This document shows positions 40,120 to 50,839 of a stretch of 64,000 bases of DNA, in pieces. Each line of letters starts with the position of its first letter. Position 1 is the stretch's first letter. This stretch comes from an uncultured delta proteobacterium (lineage in GTDB: Bacteria > Desulfobacterota > Binatia > UBA9968). Made by a program: the position numbers and the translations under genes. The stretch spans positions 160,001-224,000 of the forward strand of contig CAVUZH010000019.1 of assembly GCA_963745835.1 (NCBI GenBank), given 5' to 3'. The notes beneath the pieces are model-generated. The model was given only the letters and a program-made list of their open reading frames with translations. It did no database searches and had not been told where the DNA came from.

Positions 40120-42066
40120 TCACTCCTCGGCATATTGCTCTTTCAATTTTGCTACGACGTTGGCGTCCGCCAAGGTGGTGGTATCTCCCAACGCGCGGCC
40201 GTCGGCAATGTCACGAAGCAAACGGCGCATGATCTTACCGCTACGAGTCTTTGGCAGTTCCGCGGCAAAAAGAATCTCATCGGGCCTGGCAATGGCTCCG
40301 ATCTTCTTTGCAACATGGCTCTTTAATTCATCCATAAGCGAGTTGCCTCCGTTGACACCGGCTTTCAAAGAAACAAAAGCGCAGATCGCCTGGCCTTTGA
40401 TATCATGTTCTTTGCCAATCACCGCGGCTTCAGCGACTTTTTGATGATCCACCAGGGCGCTTTCCACCTCCATAGTGCTGATCCGATGGCCTGCGATATT
40501 CATGACATCATCGACGCGGCCCAGTAACCAAAAGTAACCGTCCTTGTCGCGCTTGCAGCCATCGCCGGCGAAGTATTTTCCGGGAAAGCGGCTCCAATAA
40601 TTCTCAACATAACGATCCGGATCGCCATAGATGGTGCGCATCATCGCCGGCCAAGGTTTAGTCAGGACGAGATAGCCGCCTCCTCCTTTGGGAACTGATT
40701 TTCCATTTTCGTCGACGACATCGGCCTCGATTCCGGGAAACGGCAGGGTCGCAGAACCGGGCTTCAACTTCGTAATACCCGGCAAGGGTGTAATCAAAGG
40801 ATGACCGGTTTCAGTTTGCCACCAGGTATCGACGACCGGGCAGCGATCACCGCCGATATACTTATGGTACCAAACCCAGGCTTCGGGATTGATCGGCTCT
40901 CCCACGGTGCCGAGCAGTCGTAAGCTTTGAAGATTGTGTTTTGCCGGAAACTCCGTTCCCCAGCGCATGAACGTGCGAATAGCAGTTGGCGCCGTATGGA
41001 AAATTGTCACGCCATACTTTGCGACAAGACGCCACAGACGATCCTTGTCCGGCCAGTCGGGAGTGCCCTCGTACATGACTTGGGTCGCGCCATTGGCCAT
41101 GGGTCCGTAGACTATATGGGTGTGTCCGGTAACCCAGCCGATATCGGCGGCACACCAGAAAACGTCATCCTCTTTCAGGTCGAAGACCCAGTTGTTGATC
41201 AAGTTCACCCCGGTAAGGTAGCCGCCGGTGGTATGAACGATTCCTTTCGGCTTGCCGGTGGTGCCGCTGGTGTAGAGGATATAAAGTATGTCCTCGCTAT
41301 CCACCTGTTCGGGTTCGCACCAAAGCGGCGCATCCGCCATCAGCTCATGCCACCATTGGTCACGGCCGCTTTTCATCTGTGCGCCGGACTCGCGTCCAAC
41401 TCGTTCCAAGACCACGACATGCTCGATGGAAGGCGTATCGGTCAGCGCCTCATCGACATTTTTTTTGAGCGGCACAATGCTGCCACGACGATAACCGCCA
41501 TCGGCTGTAATCAGGACCTTTGCTTGGGCATCATTGATGCGACCGCGCAAGGCTTCAGCGCTGAAGCCGCCGAAAACGACGCTGTGCGGCGCGCCGATGC
41601 GGTTACAGGCGTGCATGGCGATGACGAGTTCGGGAACCATTCCCATATAGAGACAAACTCGATCGCCCTTGCCCACGCCGAGTTGTTTCAGGACGTTGGC
41701 GAATTTATTCACTTCGCGCCATACGTCGCGATAAGTCAGAACCCGTTCGTCACCGGGTTCACCCTCCCAGATAATTGCAGCTTTGTTTTTTCGTCCGCTC
41801 TTGAGGTGCCGATCCAAACAATTGTAGGAGGCGTTAAGCTTGCCGCCAATAAACCACTTGGCCCACGGCGTGTTCCATTCCAGCACCTTCTTCCATGGCT
41901 TGAACCAGTCGAGCTCTTTGGCCGCCTTGGCCCAGAACGCCTGAGGATTCTTGCGCGCAGAATTAAAGACGCTCGCGTTCCTGAAGTTAGCTGTTTTCCT
42001 AAATGTTGGCGGCGGCGGGAAGTTCCGTTTTTCATTTAACAGAACCTCGATGGCTTTGTCTGCCAT
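40120..42066 (-). CDS. acs: Acetyl-CoA synthetase (AMP-forming)
   Basis: [60 protein letters not shown]. Confidence 0.97.
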   Translation of the reverse strand: MADKAIEVLLNEKRNFPPPPTFRKTANFRNASVFNSARKNPQAFWAKAAKELDWFKPWKKVLEWNTPWAKWFIGGKLNASYNCLDRHLKSGRKNKAAIIWEGEPGDERVLTYRDVWREVNKFANVLKQLGVGKGDRVCLYMGMVPELVIAMHACNRIGAPHSVVFGGFSAEALRGRINDAQAKVLITADGGYRRGSIVPLKKNVDEALTDTPSIEHVVVLERVGRESGAQMKSGRDQWWHELMADAPLWCEPEQVDSEDILYILYTSGTTGKPKGIVHTTGGYLTGVNLINNWVFDLKEDDVFWCAADIGWVTGHTHIVYGPMANGATQVMYEGTPDWPDKDRLWRLVAKYGVTIFHTAPTAIRTFMRWGTEFPAKHNLQSLRLLGTVGEPINPEAWVWYHKYIGGDRCPVVDTWWQTETGHPLITPLPGITKLKPGSATLPFPGIEADVVDENGKSVPKGGGGYLVLTKPWPAMMRTIYGDPDRYVENYWSRFPGKYFAGDGCKRDKDGYFWLLGRVDDVMNIAGHRISTMEVESALVDHQKVAEAAVIGKEHDIKGQAICAFVSLKAGVNGGNSLMDELKSHVAKKIGAIARPDEILFAAELPKTRSGKIMRRLLRDIADGRALGDTTTLADANVVAKLKEQYAEE

Positions 42067-42343
42067 GTATGCACCCTCCTGAACGATATTTCACCGGGAG
42101 TGAAAAACGAACGGATTCTATTTGAGGTTCAGCGGCTGCGCAAGAGGCCAATCGAAGCAGATCCCCACTCAGGTTTTCGATCGAGAGCGTGGAAGAACGC
42201 CAAGCAGTACGGTTGGTTCAATCCGTCGGGCGGCATCTGAGAAGCGATGACACGCGACAAAATAATTGCACAGCGATGCGAGTGCCGATGAGCTTCTACC
42301 CATCGTGTGAGCCAGCAACTGCTCGTCCCTAATCTCTACGTTT

Positions 42344-43969
42344 TTAATCGCCGGTGCCGAACCCATTGCGACCGAGAAGCGTATAGAAGATTCCAACCGT
42401 TCCTCTATCCTGAATCCTGTTGCCTACATCGCGGAAATCGAAGTCACGCCGGGACAATTGATATCTTATAGAGACCGCATGCTGGCGATGAATGCGCCAT
42501 GTGAGCGAGGCGTCTGTGCGTATGACATTGTCGTGACGGACGCCGCTCCCGGATAAGTCAGCGACAAAAAATTCGCGAGCGGTCAGGTCGATCGACGCGC
42601 GTTCGCCGAGAATCAACCGCAACGATAGAAGTGCCTGGGGCGCGATGCCGTATTGATTCGCCCGCTCGTCGGAGATTCCGCCGATGGTGCTGACGGTGGC
42701 GTAACCGACCCCCAACAGACCGGTTCCCTGCACCGCCAGAGAATCGGTAATCCGCCACTGGCCAGTGGTACCGAGGGAGAGCGCTGTGCTCGCCAGCCGA
42801 AAAATTTGCGGCGCCATGTAATTATAACCGCCGTACAGACCCCATATGCCGCGATAAGAGTTGCCAAGATCATAACCCTTTCCCAGCAAAAGCCCATGAG
42901 TCGAAAGGCTCTCAAAGCCGATCGCGGTCGATGCCGCTGCCTGAAAACTAAAATAGTCAAACGGACGGTTGTATGTATAGCCCGGCTTGCCAGGCAAGCC
43001 ATAGTCGAGCGCCACATCAACGATGCCTTCGTGGCGGTCGATTTCTCCCGACCCTCCGCTGCGGTCTTGCGTCGCCGAGACGACTCCGAGGTGCATCCGG
43101 CTGTAGTATTCCGGGTCTTTGCTCGGGAATATACCATCGAATCGTTGACCGAAGACGAGCCGATTAAAGCCCACAGGCGGAGAGATGGCGGCCGCGACGA
43201 CCTCGCGCCAGAAAGGCGATCCTATCTCCCGCTCGAGCCATAGGTTGGAGATGCGGAACAACGCCTCACCAAGGAAACTGCCGCCGATTCCGGTGCTGAT
43301 CTGGTCGTTTTTCGAGGGCCGCGTAGTTTCCCCAGCTATCTCCCAGAATATGCTCCCCACGAAGGTGTAGGCCAGACCTTGCCAATAATTCAAACCGGAG
43401 GCGCGGGCGAAGCCGTGGTAGATCGATCCTTGGTAGGGGTGCCCGAGCTGGTTGACCGTGAACTCGTCAGTGTCCTCGTCCCAGCTGCGGTGCAAATTGC
43501 GTTTGATAGACGAGAGATCGACGTCGTAATCGCAGCAGCCAAAGTAGGCGCGATTGAACAGATTAAGCAAAACATCGAAGCCGACGATCTCCAGCGCCGG
43601 GATTAGATAGCTTTTTTCCGTTCCCCATTGCGGCACTGGCGTGGTGAGATTGACGTTCGCCGCGGGCGAAGGCGCGTTGACGGTTTGAACCAGTAAAGAT
43701 TTGCTGCCGCCCAGGAGAGGCGCGCCCGAGAGTTTGAGCTCCGGAGAAAGAGTGAAGGGTGCTCGGTCCAAGCTAACTTTCGGTGCAGAACGTTGTGACA
43801 GAGTGAATCTGATCGGAGAATTGAGACTGCCAAATTCCTGAGGGAAAGCTGTGCAGGGCAACATGATCAAAAGGAGAACGACGGTAAATGATAATCTGCC
43901 GCGCTGTTTTGCCGACCTTGCGTGGCGCGCGCTTTGCCCGTTTGCATCGGCTGTATTTATCTGTGCCAT
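42344..43969 (-). CDS. DUF3943-like outer membrane protein
   Basis: D.D.F.VNQLGHPYQGS.Y...AR..G, WEIAGETT.PS.ND..STG.GGS.LGE motif followed by amphipathic beta strands. Confidence 0.75.
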   Translation of the reverse strand: MAQINTADANGQSARHARSAKQRGRLSFTVVLLLIMLPCTAFPQEFGSLNSPIRFTLSQRSAPKVSLDRAPFTLSPELKLSGAPLLGGSKSLLVQTVNAPSPAANVNLTTPVPQWGTEKSYLIPALEIVGFDVLLNLFNRAYFGCCDYDVDLSSIKRNLHRSWDEDTDEFTVNQLGHPYQGSIYHGFARASGLNYWQGLAYTFVGSIFWEIAGETTRPSKNDQISTGIGGSFLGEALFRISNLWLEREIGSPFWREVVAAAISPPVGFNRLVFGQRFDGIFPSKDPEYYSRMHLGVVSATQDRSGGSGEIDRHEGIVDVALDYGLPGKPGYTYNRPFDYFSFQAAASTAIGFESLSTHGLLLGKGYDLGNSYRGIWGLYGGYNYMAPQIFRLASTALSLGTTGQWRITDSLAVQGTGLLGVGYATVSTIGGISDERANQYGIAPQALLSLRLILGERASIDLTAREFFVADLSGSGVRHDNVIRTDASLTWRIHRQHAVSIRYQLSRRDFDFRDVGNRIQDRGTVGIFYTLLGRNGFGTGD

Positions 43970-44747
43970 CAGGCTCGATCTTTAGGTTTCTGTAAAAGGG
44001 TCCTTGCGGTTGAAGCGCGATCAGAAACTCGCTGTCCTGGTACATCACTCGTTCAAGTTTATTGACCGAGCAAATAACCGAGCCTCGAAATCCTAGACCA
44101 GCTTCGATGGTTATCTGAATACAGGTTATTTCTCCAACAAAATACGATCGTGCAACTCCGCACTGCGCGCTTTCGTGCGGCTGTCACGCTATGCACGCTT
44201 ACTCGACCCTAAATAGATCTAAGGTGGTGTGCCGGTAGAAGTCTAGTATGTACGCAGCGGCGATAGACTCTCATTGCAGTAGTGATCTCAAACGATACGC
44301 AGTCACGGCAATTTCAAATGGAAGCACAATCGCACAAACGCGCTGGACTAGAGAGAGTTCCTATTCTCCAGTGCCGAATAGAATCGCAGCATGCCTCGTC
44401 GAGCTCATCGCTTTAACGCCAGATTTCGAGCTAACAAATGGCGTTGTATCTCGGTATAGGCGACTGCAGGCCGGAACAGGGTACTGGCGGAGAAGGACTG
44501 ATGTATAGAGAAATAGCGCGCTACGCGCCGGTTTCAGACGCCCTCTATCGCTGAACTAGGCCAAGCGTCGGATCCGATCGCCGGCATTGCACTTAGTCTC
44601 AGGTCGGGAGCCAGCCGAGACCACCGTTGGACCCACAAACGTAAAGCCTCCTGTAGCCTCTCACCTCCCTGATGCTCGGGAACTCGGAAGTATTCTCGTT
44701 CTGAGCGATCGCGAGCTTCTTCGCTGGCCTTGGAACGAGCATCGAAA

Positions 44748-45226
44748 CACTTTGAGGTCGGACGCGAAGGACCTGCGAGCAGCCGCCTCGGCAGGGTCTG
44801 GCTGTTTGTCATTGCGATTACACTGCGCAACTTTCCTGAAGGGATGACGTCGGTGTCGGCTTTGCCGGCGAGGATGTCGCCAATCGTCTGGCGCTCGGGT
44901 TAGGCATCGGCGCGCAGAACATTCCGGGAGAACTGGCGGTGGCAGTCTCTCTGCTCGCGGGCGGCTACCGCAAGTGGCGCGCCTTCTGGATTGGCAGTCT
45001 GACCGGCCTCGTCGAACCTGTGGGCGGAATTATCGGCGCTGCGGCCATATGGCTCGCCGAACCTGCCATCTCGATCATCCCCGGCATTGCCGCCGGTGCG
45101 ATGCTCTTCATCATCAGCAATGAAGTAATCCCGGAGACTCATCGCGCGGCAGACAAACATCTCGCGACGTTCTCGTTGCTCACTGGCGTTGCGCTGATGC
45201 TCCTGCTGAGTGTTTTGCTCAAGTAA
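44748..45226 (+). pseudogene. ZIP (GufA/ZupT) family metal transporter remnant
   Basis: VWLFVIAITLRNFPEG (His of HNxPEG replaced by Arg), frameshift, QNIPGELAV, AAGAML...EVIPE; N-terminal half missing. Confidence 0.75.
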
Positions 45227-45826
45227 TATTGCGGTGGCAACTAAAAGACTTGGTCCTTAATCTGGTCAGCGAGTTGCTGTAGCTATTCTAGCGAATAGCG
45301 TTGCGAGCCTCGTGCGTGACGGGCGTCCATGAATGTCACTAAAACGCCCGTCGTCTCGCTCGCATCGTATCCTCACAGGAATTGCGAAAGTACAAACACA
45401 AGTATGAACCCGCTTGCTAATGCAAGCGCCGATGATTGTTGGCAATCGCGATCTTCGGCGTCAGGCAGCAGGTCACTGATCGTCAGGTATAAGATTCCGC
45501 CGGATTGCAGCCGTTTAGTTTGAAAAATTTAAAAGCACAATCACATTTGTCGCGCCCCAGCGACAGCAATTTGCCGACATGATCCAGTAGCGGAACAGAA
45601 ACTGCGCAGGATCTTGCGCACATTGGAAAAAGTTCCATCCGTGATCCGGACGTAAAGTATTCTTAACTCAACGATTCATGCATGAACGGCTGCGATCTTG
45701 CTTGGGGCTGGAAGCTGAGTCACCGCCGTGTTCTACTGGCTTAGCGAACGAATCTGCGCTCGTAGTGAGCCCACCCGGCGATTGGAGGAAGGAGCGCGCT
45801 AAAATCGCGCACATATTTAACGGACC

Positions 45827-46918
45827 ATGGAATCTCCACATTCAACAAACTTGCCCGGGCTCGAAGACAAAGTCTTTATATTGCTGGTTATTGCGGTATC
45901 GCTGGCATTCGCATGGATCCTCGGGCCGTATTACGGGTCGGTTTTCTGGGCCGCCGTCCTGGCGATTGTGTTCGCGCCGGCATATCGGCGGCTGTTGAGA
46001 TCGATGCGGCAAAAACGCACACTTGCTGCGCTAACCGCAGTGCTGATCATCCTCATGATGGTGATCCTACCGTTAACTCTGATCGGTGCGATGTTGGTGC
46101 AGGAAGGGTTCAGCGTCTACGAGAGGATCCAGTCGGGAGAACTGAATCCTGCGCAGTACTTTCAGCAGGTCTTTGGCGCACTGCCTCGATGGCTGATCGA
46201 TCTGCTGGACCGTTTTGGACTGACCAACCTCGGATTGATGCAAGAGCGACTGTCTAGCGGCCTGATGAAGGGCAGCCAATTCCTTGCCGCCCAAGCTCTT
46301 AGCATTGGCCAGAACACGTTCCAGTTCATCGTCAACCTCTTTATCATGCTGTACCTGCTGTTTTTCTTTCTGCGTGACGGTGACTACCTGTCCAGGCGAA
46401 TAAGAAATGCAATTCCGCTGCGCCGAGAGCAACAGCACGATCTCTTCACCAAGTTCACCACCGTTATCCGCGCCACGGTTAAAGGCAACGTCGTCGTGGC
46501 CCTGGTGCAAGGAGCACTCGGCGGCCTGATCTTTTGGTTTTTGGGTGTCCACGCTCCGGTCTTATGGGCGGTGTTGATGGCGTTTTTATCCTTGCTGCCC
46601 GCGGTAGGCGCCGGCCTGGTGTGGTTGCCGGTTGCGATTTATTTTCTGGTCACCGGTGCGGTGTGGCAGGGCGTGGTATTAATCGTCTTCGGCGTGCTCG
46701 TCATCGGCTTGGTAGACAACGTCCTGCGTCCCGTTCTGGTGGGTAAGGACACCAAGATGCCGGACTATGTTGTGCTGATTGCCACGTTGGGCGGCATGGC
46801 CATCTTCGGGCTCAACGGTTTTGTCATCGGACCGGTGATCGCGGCGATGTTCATGGCAGTGTGGGACCTTTTTTCGACATCGCGCTCGCAGATCCAGATT
46901 GAGCCGCCCAGTCCCTGA
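45827..46918 (+). CDS. AI-2E (PerM/UPF0118) family transporter
   Basis: LFFFLRDG, VQGALGG, SLLPAVG..LVW.P, DNVLRP.LVG, GFVIGPVI. Confidence 0.92.
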   Translation: MESPHSTNLPGLEDKVFILLVIAVSLAFAWILGPYYGSVFWAAVLAIVFAPAYRRLLRSMRQKRTLAALTAVLIILMMVILPLTLIGAMLVQEGFSVYERIQSGELNPAQYFQQVFGALPRWLIDLLDRFGLTNLGLMQERLSSGLMKGSQFLAAQALSIGQNTFQFIVNLFIMLYLLFFFLRDGDYLSRRIRNAIPLRREQQHDLFTKFTTVIRATVKGNVVVALVQGALGGLIFWFLGVHAPVLWAVLMAFLSLLPAVGAGLVWLPVAIYFLVTGAVWQGVVLIVFGVLVIGLVDNVLRPVLVGKDTKMPDYVVLIATLGGMAIFGLNGFVIGPVIAAMFMAVWDLFSTSRSQIQIEPPSP

Positions 46919-47129
46919 AATTAAATAAAGTGCCGGTTAGGTTGATGGTCATGCCTAGAGAAACTCAGTAGTAATTTACGCTAAAGGTTTGTTTCTCTTC
47001 TGCCCTCATCAACCGGACTTGCTCTGAGTGCAGATTTACGGCACCTATAAACATGGAGCCACCGGCAGTGGGATTGGAAACTGATTAGCAATACTTAATT
47101 TGGATTTGTTTTGGAGAAAGGAAGTTTGT

Positions 47130-47378
47130 ATGCATTTAAGGAGATTTGCCCGATCGAGCGTTTGTCTTTTGATGTTGTTATTTGCAGCCGGCTGCACGAC
47201 GTATTATCGCGTCACCGATCAATCAACCCGCCGAGCTTACTATACAACCGATATCGATAGAACTGATAGCGGCGCGGTGCGGTTTTACGATGAGAAGGGC
47301 CGCGCAAGCGTCACGTTACAATCTTCCGAGATCGTCGAGATCTCTAAAGACGATTTCAACTCAGGCATCAGAGAGTAA
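47130..47378 (+). CDS. Small lipoprotein (possibly YgdI/YgdR-like)
   Basis: Lipobox FAAGC followed by a short beta-rich domain. Confidence 0.6.
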   Translation: MHLRRFARSSVCLLMLLFAAGCTTYYRVTDQSTRRAYYTTDIDRTDSGAVRFYDEKGRASVTLQSSEIVEISKDDFNSGIRE

Positions 47379-47545
47379 GCTTCAACCTTCGCAAAGTATC
47401 GGCAGGGATCTGCCGAAAATGCGATCGCCATGAGCGGCTAAAACAGCAGAGCCAAGTTGGCGCCATTTCGTGCGCGTCCAACTCACCATGCGTAATCTTA
47501 GTCTATGATATACCGCGATAGACCGCGCTCGCGTCAGCCTTCGCC

Positions 47546-48862
47546 TTATCCGTTACGCATACCGCCGGAAACTTTAGTTACCTCTCGCGCTCGATCGATC
47601 TGAAATTCCGCCCGCTGATACTCGGTAATGAGCGGACTCGCTCCTGCTCGCGTGAGATAAGCCCATATCCATTGCCCCATGACGGTAACGCGGCTGCGGA
47701 AACCGATGAGAAGAAAAACGTGAACCAGCGACCAGAGGAGCCATGCGATCACTCCGGAAAATCTCTTATCGCCGAATTCCGCCACCGCCCGGTGATGTCC
47801 GATGGTCGCCATCGTTCCCCGGTCTTCGTACTTGAACGGCAGACGTTTCTCGCCGCGAAGATCGCGCAAAATATTCTGCGCCGCTGCTTTGCCTTGTTGG
47901 ATTGCGGCCGCGGCGAGACCCGGCACCGGCGTGCCGTTCACATCGGTGAGCGCTGACATGTCGCCGATCAAAAAAACTTCGCCGTGTCCCGGGAGACTCA
48001 AGTCCGCCTCGATAGGCACACGGCCGGCGCGGTCGACTTTTGCGCCCAGCTCTTTACCCAGTGGCGAAGCGGCGACTCCGGTGGCCCAGAGAGTAACGTC
48101 GCTGGTGACCCATTCCTCGCCGACTTTGATCCGTCCCGGCTCCACCGCCGTGACCATGCTTTGGGTGAACACTTCGACTCCCAGTTCCTGCAGTTGCCGT
48201 TGGGCGCTCCGGGACGACTCTTCCGAAAACGTTCCCAGGACGCGCGGGGAACCTTCATAGAGCCGGACACGCGCTTTCCTGGTATCGATGGCTTTGAAAT
48301 CTTTAGCCAGCACCAGTCGCGCCAGGTCGGCGATAGCTCCGGCCAATTCTACACCTGTCGGACCGCCGCCGATGACGACAAAGGTCGGCGCTTCTTGTTT
48401 TCCAGATAACAGCGCGGCGCGCTCTGCCTTCTCAAATGCGAGCAGCAACCGCCGGCGAATCTCGACGGCGTCTTCAAGCGTTTTTAGACCCGGCGCCTCT
48501 TCGGCCCATTCGTCGTGACCAAAGTAGGCGTGACGCGCGCCGGCCGCGACGATCAGATAATCGTAAGCGAATTCCCCACCGCCGGTTAGCCTTACCCGCC
48601 GCGCATTGGTTTCGAATCCGGCAACCTCGCCGAGAATGGTTCGCACGTTGCGCGATTTGTGCAGGATATGACGTAGAGGCGAGGCGATCTCGGCCGGTGA
48701 GAGCACTGCCAGCGCCACTTGATAAAGTAGCGGCTGAAACGTGTGATGATTCTTGCGGTCGATCAGAATGACTTCGAGCGCTTCGTTGGACAATGTTTTC
48801 GCTGCATAGAGACCGCCGAAGCCGCCGCCGACAATGACTACTCGTTTAAGTGTTTCTTTCAT
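47546..48862 (-). CDS. ndh: Type II NADH:quinone oxidoreductase
   Basis: GGGFGG, HTFQPLLYQVA, APGLKT.EDA, GGGPTGVELAG, FLIGD, YEDRGTMATIG, W...H...LIGFR. Confidence 0.93.
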   Translation of the reverse strand: MKETLKRVVIVGGGFGGLYAAKTLSNEALEVILIDRKNHHTFQPLLYQVALAVLSPAEIASPLRHILHKSRNVRTILGEVAGFETNARRVRLTGGGEFAYDYLIVAAGARHAYFGHDEWAEEAPGLKTLEDAVEIRRRLLLAFEKAERAALLSGKQEAPTFVVIGGGPTGVELAGAIADLARLVLAKDFKAIDTRKARVRLYEGSPRVLGTFSEESSRSAQRQLQELGVEVFTQSMVTAVEPGRIKVGEEWVTSDVTLWATGVAASPLGKELGAKVDRAGRVPIEADLSLPGHGEVFLIGDMSALTDVNGTPVPGLAAAAIQQGKAAAQNILRDLRGEKRLPFKYEDRGTMATIGHHRAVAEFGDKRFSGVIAWLLWSLVHVFLLIGFRSRVTVMGQWIWAYLTRAGASPLITEYQRAEFQIDRAREVTKVSGGMRNG

Positions 48863-49041
48863 GGAGTATTTCCCGTATCCATCGTTAAGACTAATTGACC
48901 CGGCTATTTGACCGCCTTAATGTGGAGTATGTCTCCAGTCGCGAAAAGCCCTGAAGTCACGAAGAAAGCAGAGACAATTTTCAGGCTATAACTATAAGCC
49001 GCTCAATCAAGTACGCCTCATGCGAATTGTCCACCACGTCG

Positions 49042-50619
49042 ATGAAACTAACCGTCAAGCAGTGCGCGCGTAGCGGCCTCGGGCTCTACATTTTATTTTT
49101 TTGCCTGAGCGCGGGGCCAGCAGGCGGATGCAGCACTTTGCCCTCGCTCGTCAATCGCGCGGATTCGACGGCGATTTTCAACACCGGAGATACCAAACTC
49201 GGCAGAACAATTTCGCCGCTGGTCGAATCTCATCCGGGAAAGTCCGGCATATATCCGCTGCCGGGTGCTCGCGATGCGTTTGCCGCGCGAGCGCTATTGG
49301 CTCAGGCGGCGGAACGGACTCTCGATCTTCAGTATTATATCTGGCACGGCGACATGTCCGGGACCTTGCTATTCAACGCCGTCCGCGATGCCGCCGATCG
49401 CGGCGTCCGAGTTCGCCTTTTGTTGGATGATCACGGCACGTCCGGAATCGACACGACTCTCACCGCGCTCGATTCTCACCCGAACATCGAAGTTCGGCTG
49501 TTCAATCCGTTTTTGATTCGTAAACCGCGCTCGATTAATTACCTTTTCGACTTCTTCCGGTTGAACCGGCGCATGCACAACAAGTCGTTTACCGCCGACA
49601 ATCAGGCCACGATCATCGGCGGCCGCAACATTGGCGATGAGTACTTCGGCGCCACCGACGGACTGCTCTACGTCGATCTCGACGTCATGGCTGTGGGTCC
49701 GGTGGTCAGTGAAATGTCAAAGGACTTTGACCGTTACTGGGCCAGCGAATCGTCATACCCCGTCGCTGGATTATTGCCGGCCGTCAATCCGGCTAAGATT
49801 GCAGAGCTGGCGTCGGCTGCGTCGCTGATTAAAGACGATCCCGCAGCCATTGCTTACATCGACGCCGTGCGAAATTCTTCTTTCGTCCGTGAATTGGTAG
49901 AGCGTAGATTGCCCCTGCAATGGGCGGCAACCCGCATGATCAGCGATGACCCTGCCAAGGGACTTGGTTTGGCTCCGCCTGAAGATCTGTTGATCCAGAA
50001 GCTCGAACAAACGCTTGGCGAGCCCAAGATTCAAGTGGATCTTGTCGCGCCGTATTTTGTGCCCGGCGCTGAGGGTGCTGATGCGTTCGTCGATTTGGCC
50101 AAACAGGGCATCAAACTCAGGATTTTGAGCAACTCGTGGGAGGCCACTGATGCGGTTGCACCGGTTCATGCATTCTATGCAAAGAGGCGCAAGCGGCTGC
50201 TCGAGGCCGGCATCAAGCTTTATGAGCTGCGGCGTTTGGCGCCGGTGGTCGAAGCGAGAAGAAACAGTGATCTCAAAAGCGGCAGCTCCAGCTCGAGCTT
50301 GCACGCAAAAACGTTTTCGGTGGATCGCGCGCGAGTTTTCATCGGCTCATTCCATTTCGATCCACGCTCGGTGGAGCTGAACACCGAATTAGGATTTGTG
50401 ATCGACAGCCCGGCATTGGCGCAGGAAATCGAAAACGCGTTCGATAGCAGGATTTCCGCCAATACTTACGAAGTACGGCTGTCGGATGACGGGCAGCTTT
50501 ATTGGATCGAGCAACGGCAAGGAGAAGTCGTGCGCTACGATACTGAGCCTGGCACTAACTTTTGGCAGCGTGCCGGCCTGCGCTTCGTGTCGGTGTTACC
50601 AATCGAGTGGCTGTTGTGA
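49042..50619 (+). CDS. Phospholipase D family lipoprotein (ClsC/YmdC-like cardiolipin synthase)
   Basis: Lipobox AGGC; LDLQYYIW; two HKD motifs RRMHNKSFTAD and SLHAKTFSVD; C-terminal LPIEWLL. Confidence 0.9.
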   Translation: MKLTVKQCARSGLGLYILFFCLSAGPAGGCSTLPSLVNRADSTAIFNTGDTKLGRTISPLVESHPGKSGIYPLPGARDAFAARALLAQAAERTLDLQYYIWHGDMSGTLLFNAVRDAADRGVRVRLLLDDHGTSGIDTTLTALDSHPNIEVRLFNPFLIRKPRSINYLFDFFRLNRRMHNKSFTADNQATIIGGRNIGDEYFGATDGLLYVDLDVMAVGPVVSEMSKDFDRYWASESSYPVAGLLPAVNPAKIAELASAASLIKDDPAAIAYIDAVRNSSFVRELVERRLPLQWAATRMISDDPAKGLGLAPPEDLLIQKLEQTLGEPKIQVDLVAPYFVPGAEGADAFVDLAKQGIKLRILSNSWEATDAVAPVHAFYAKRRKRLLEAGIKLYELRRLAPVVEARRNSDLKSGSSSSSLHAKTFSVDRARVFIGSFHFDPRSVELNTELGFVIDSPALAQEIENAFDSRISANTYEVRLSDDGQLYWIEQRQGEVVRYDTEPGTNFWQRAGLRFVSVLPIEWLL

Positions 50620-50839
50620 CCGTCGGGTAAGGCCGGAGACAATCAGAAATCATTATCGGCAAATGGTTAAACGCCGAACCACCGCGACGATCCAGAATCA
50701 TGATCAAGGTTAGGACATCGGAGCGACACAGAGGATTGCGCAGTTCGGATCTCGAGCCCGACACCGAGATTCCCTGCGGCATTTCCCAACCAGCCACATC
50801 TACCTGTACTTTCGTCGACCAGCAGTTGGGAGAGGGCTA

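Noticed and set aside
40927-42039. 370-aa ORF antisense to acs, and similar antisense ORFs over xfp, mrp and ndh
   Set aside because: Shadow ORFs expected from GC-rich codon bias, with no recognisable motifs.
43970-44740. Short ORFs (43773-44048, 44248-44508, 44534-44830) as genes or a mobile element end
   Set aside because: No motifs, RBS support or terminal repeats could be identified.
50341-50370. GSFH instead of GSFN after the second HKD motif of the phospholipase D
   Set aside because: A single-base difference in an error-prone sequence; it cannot support a functional claim.
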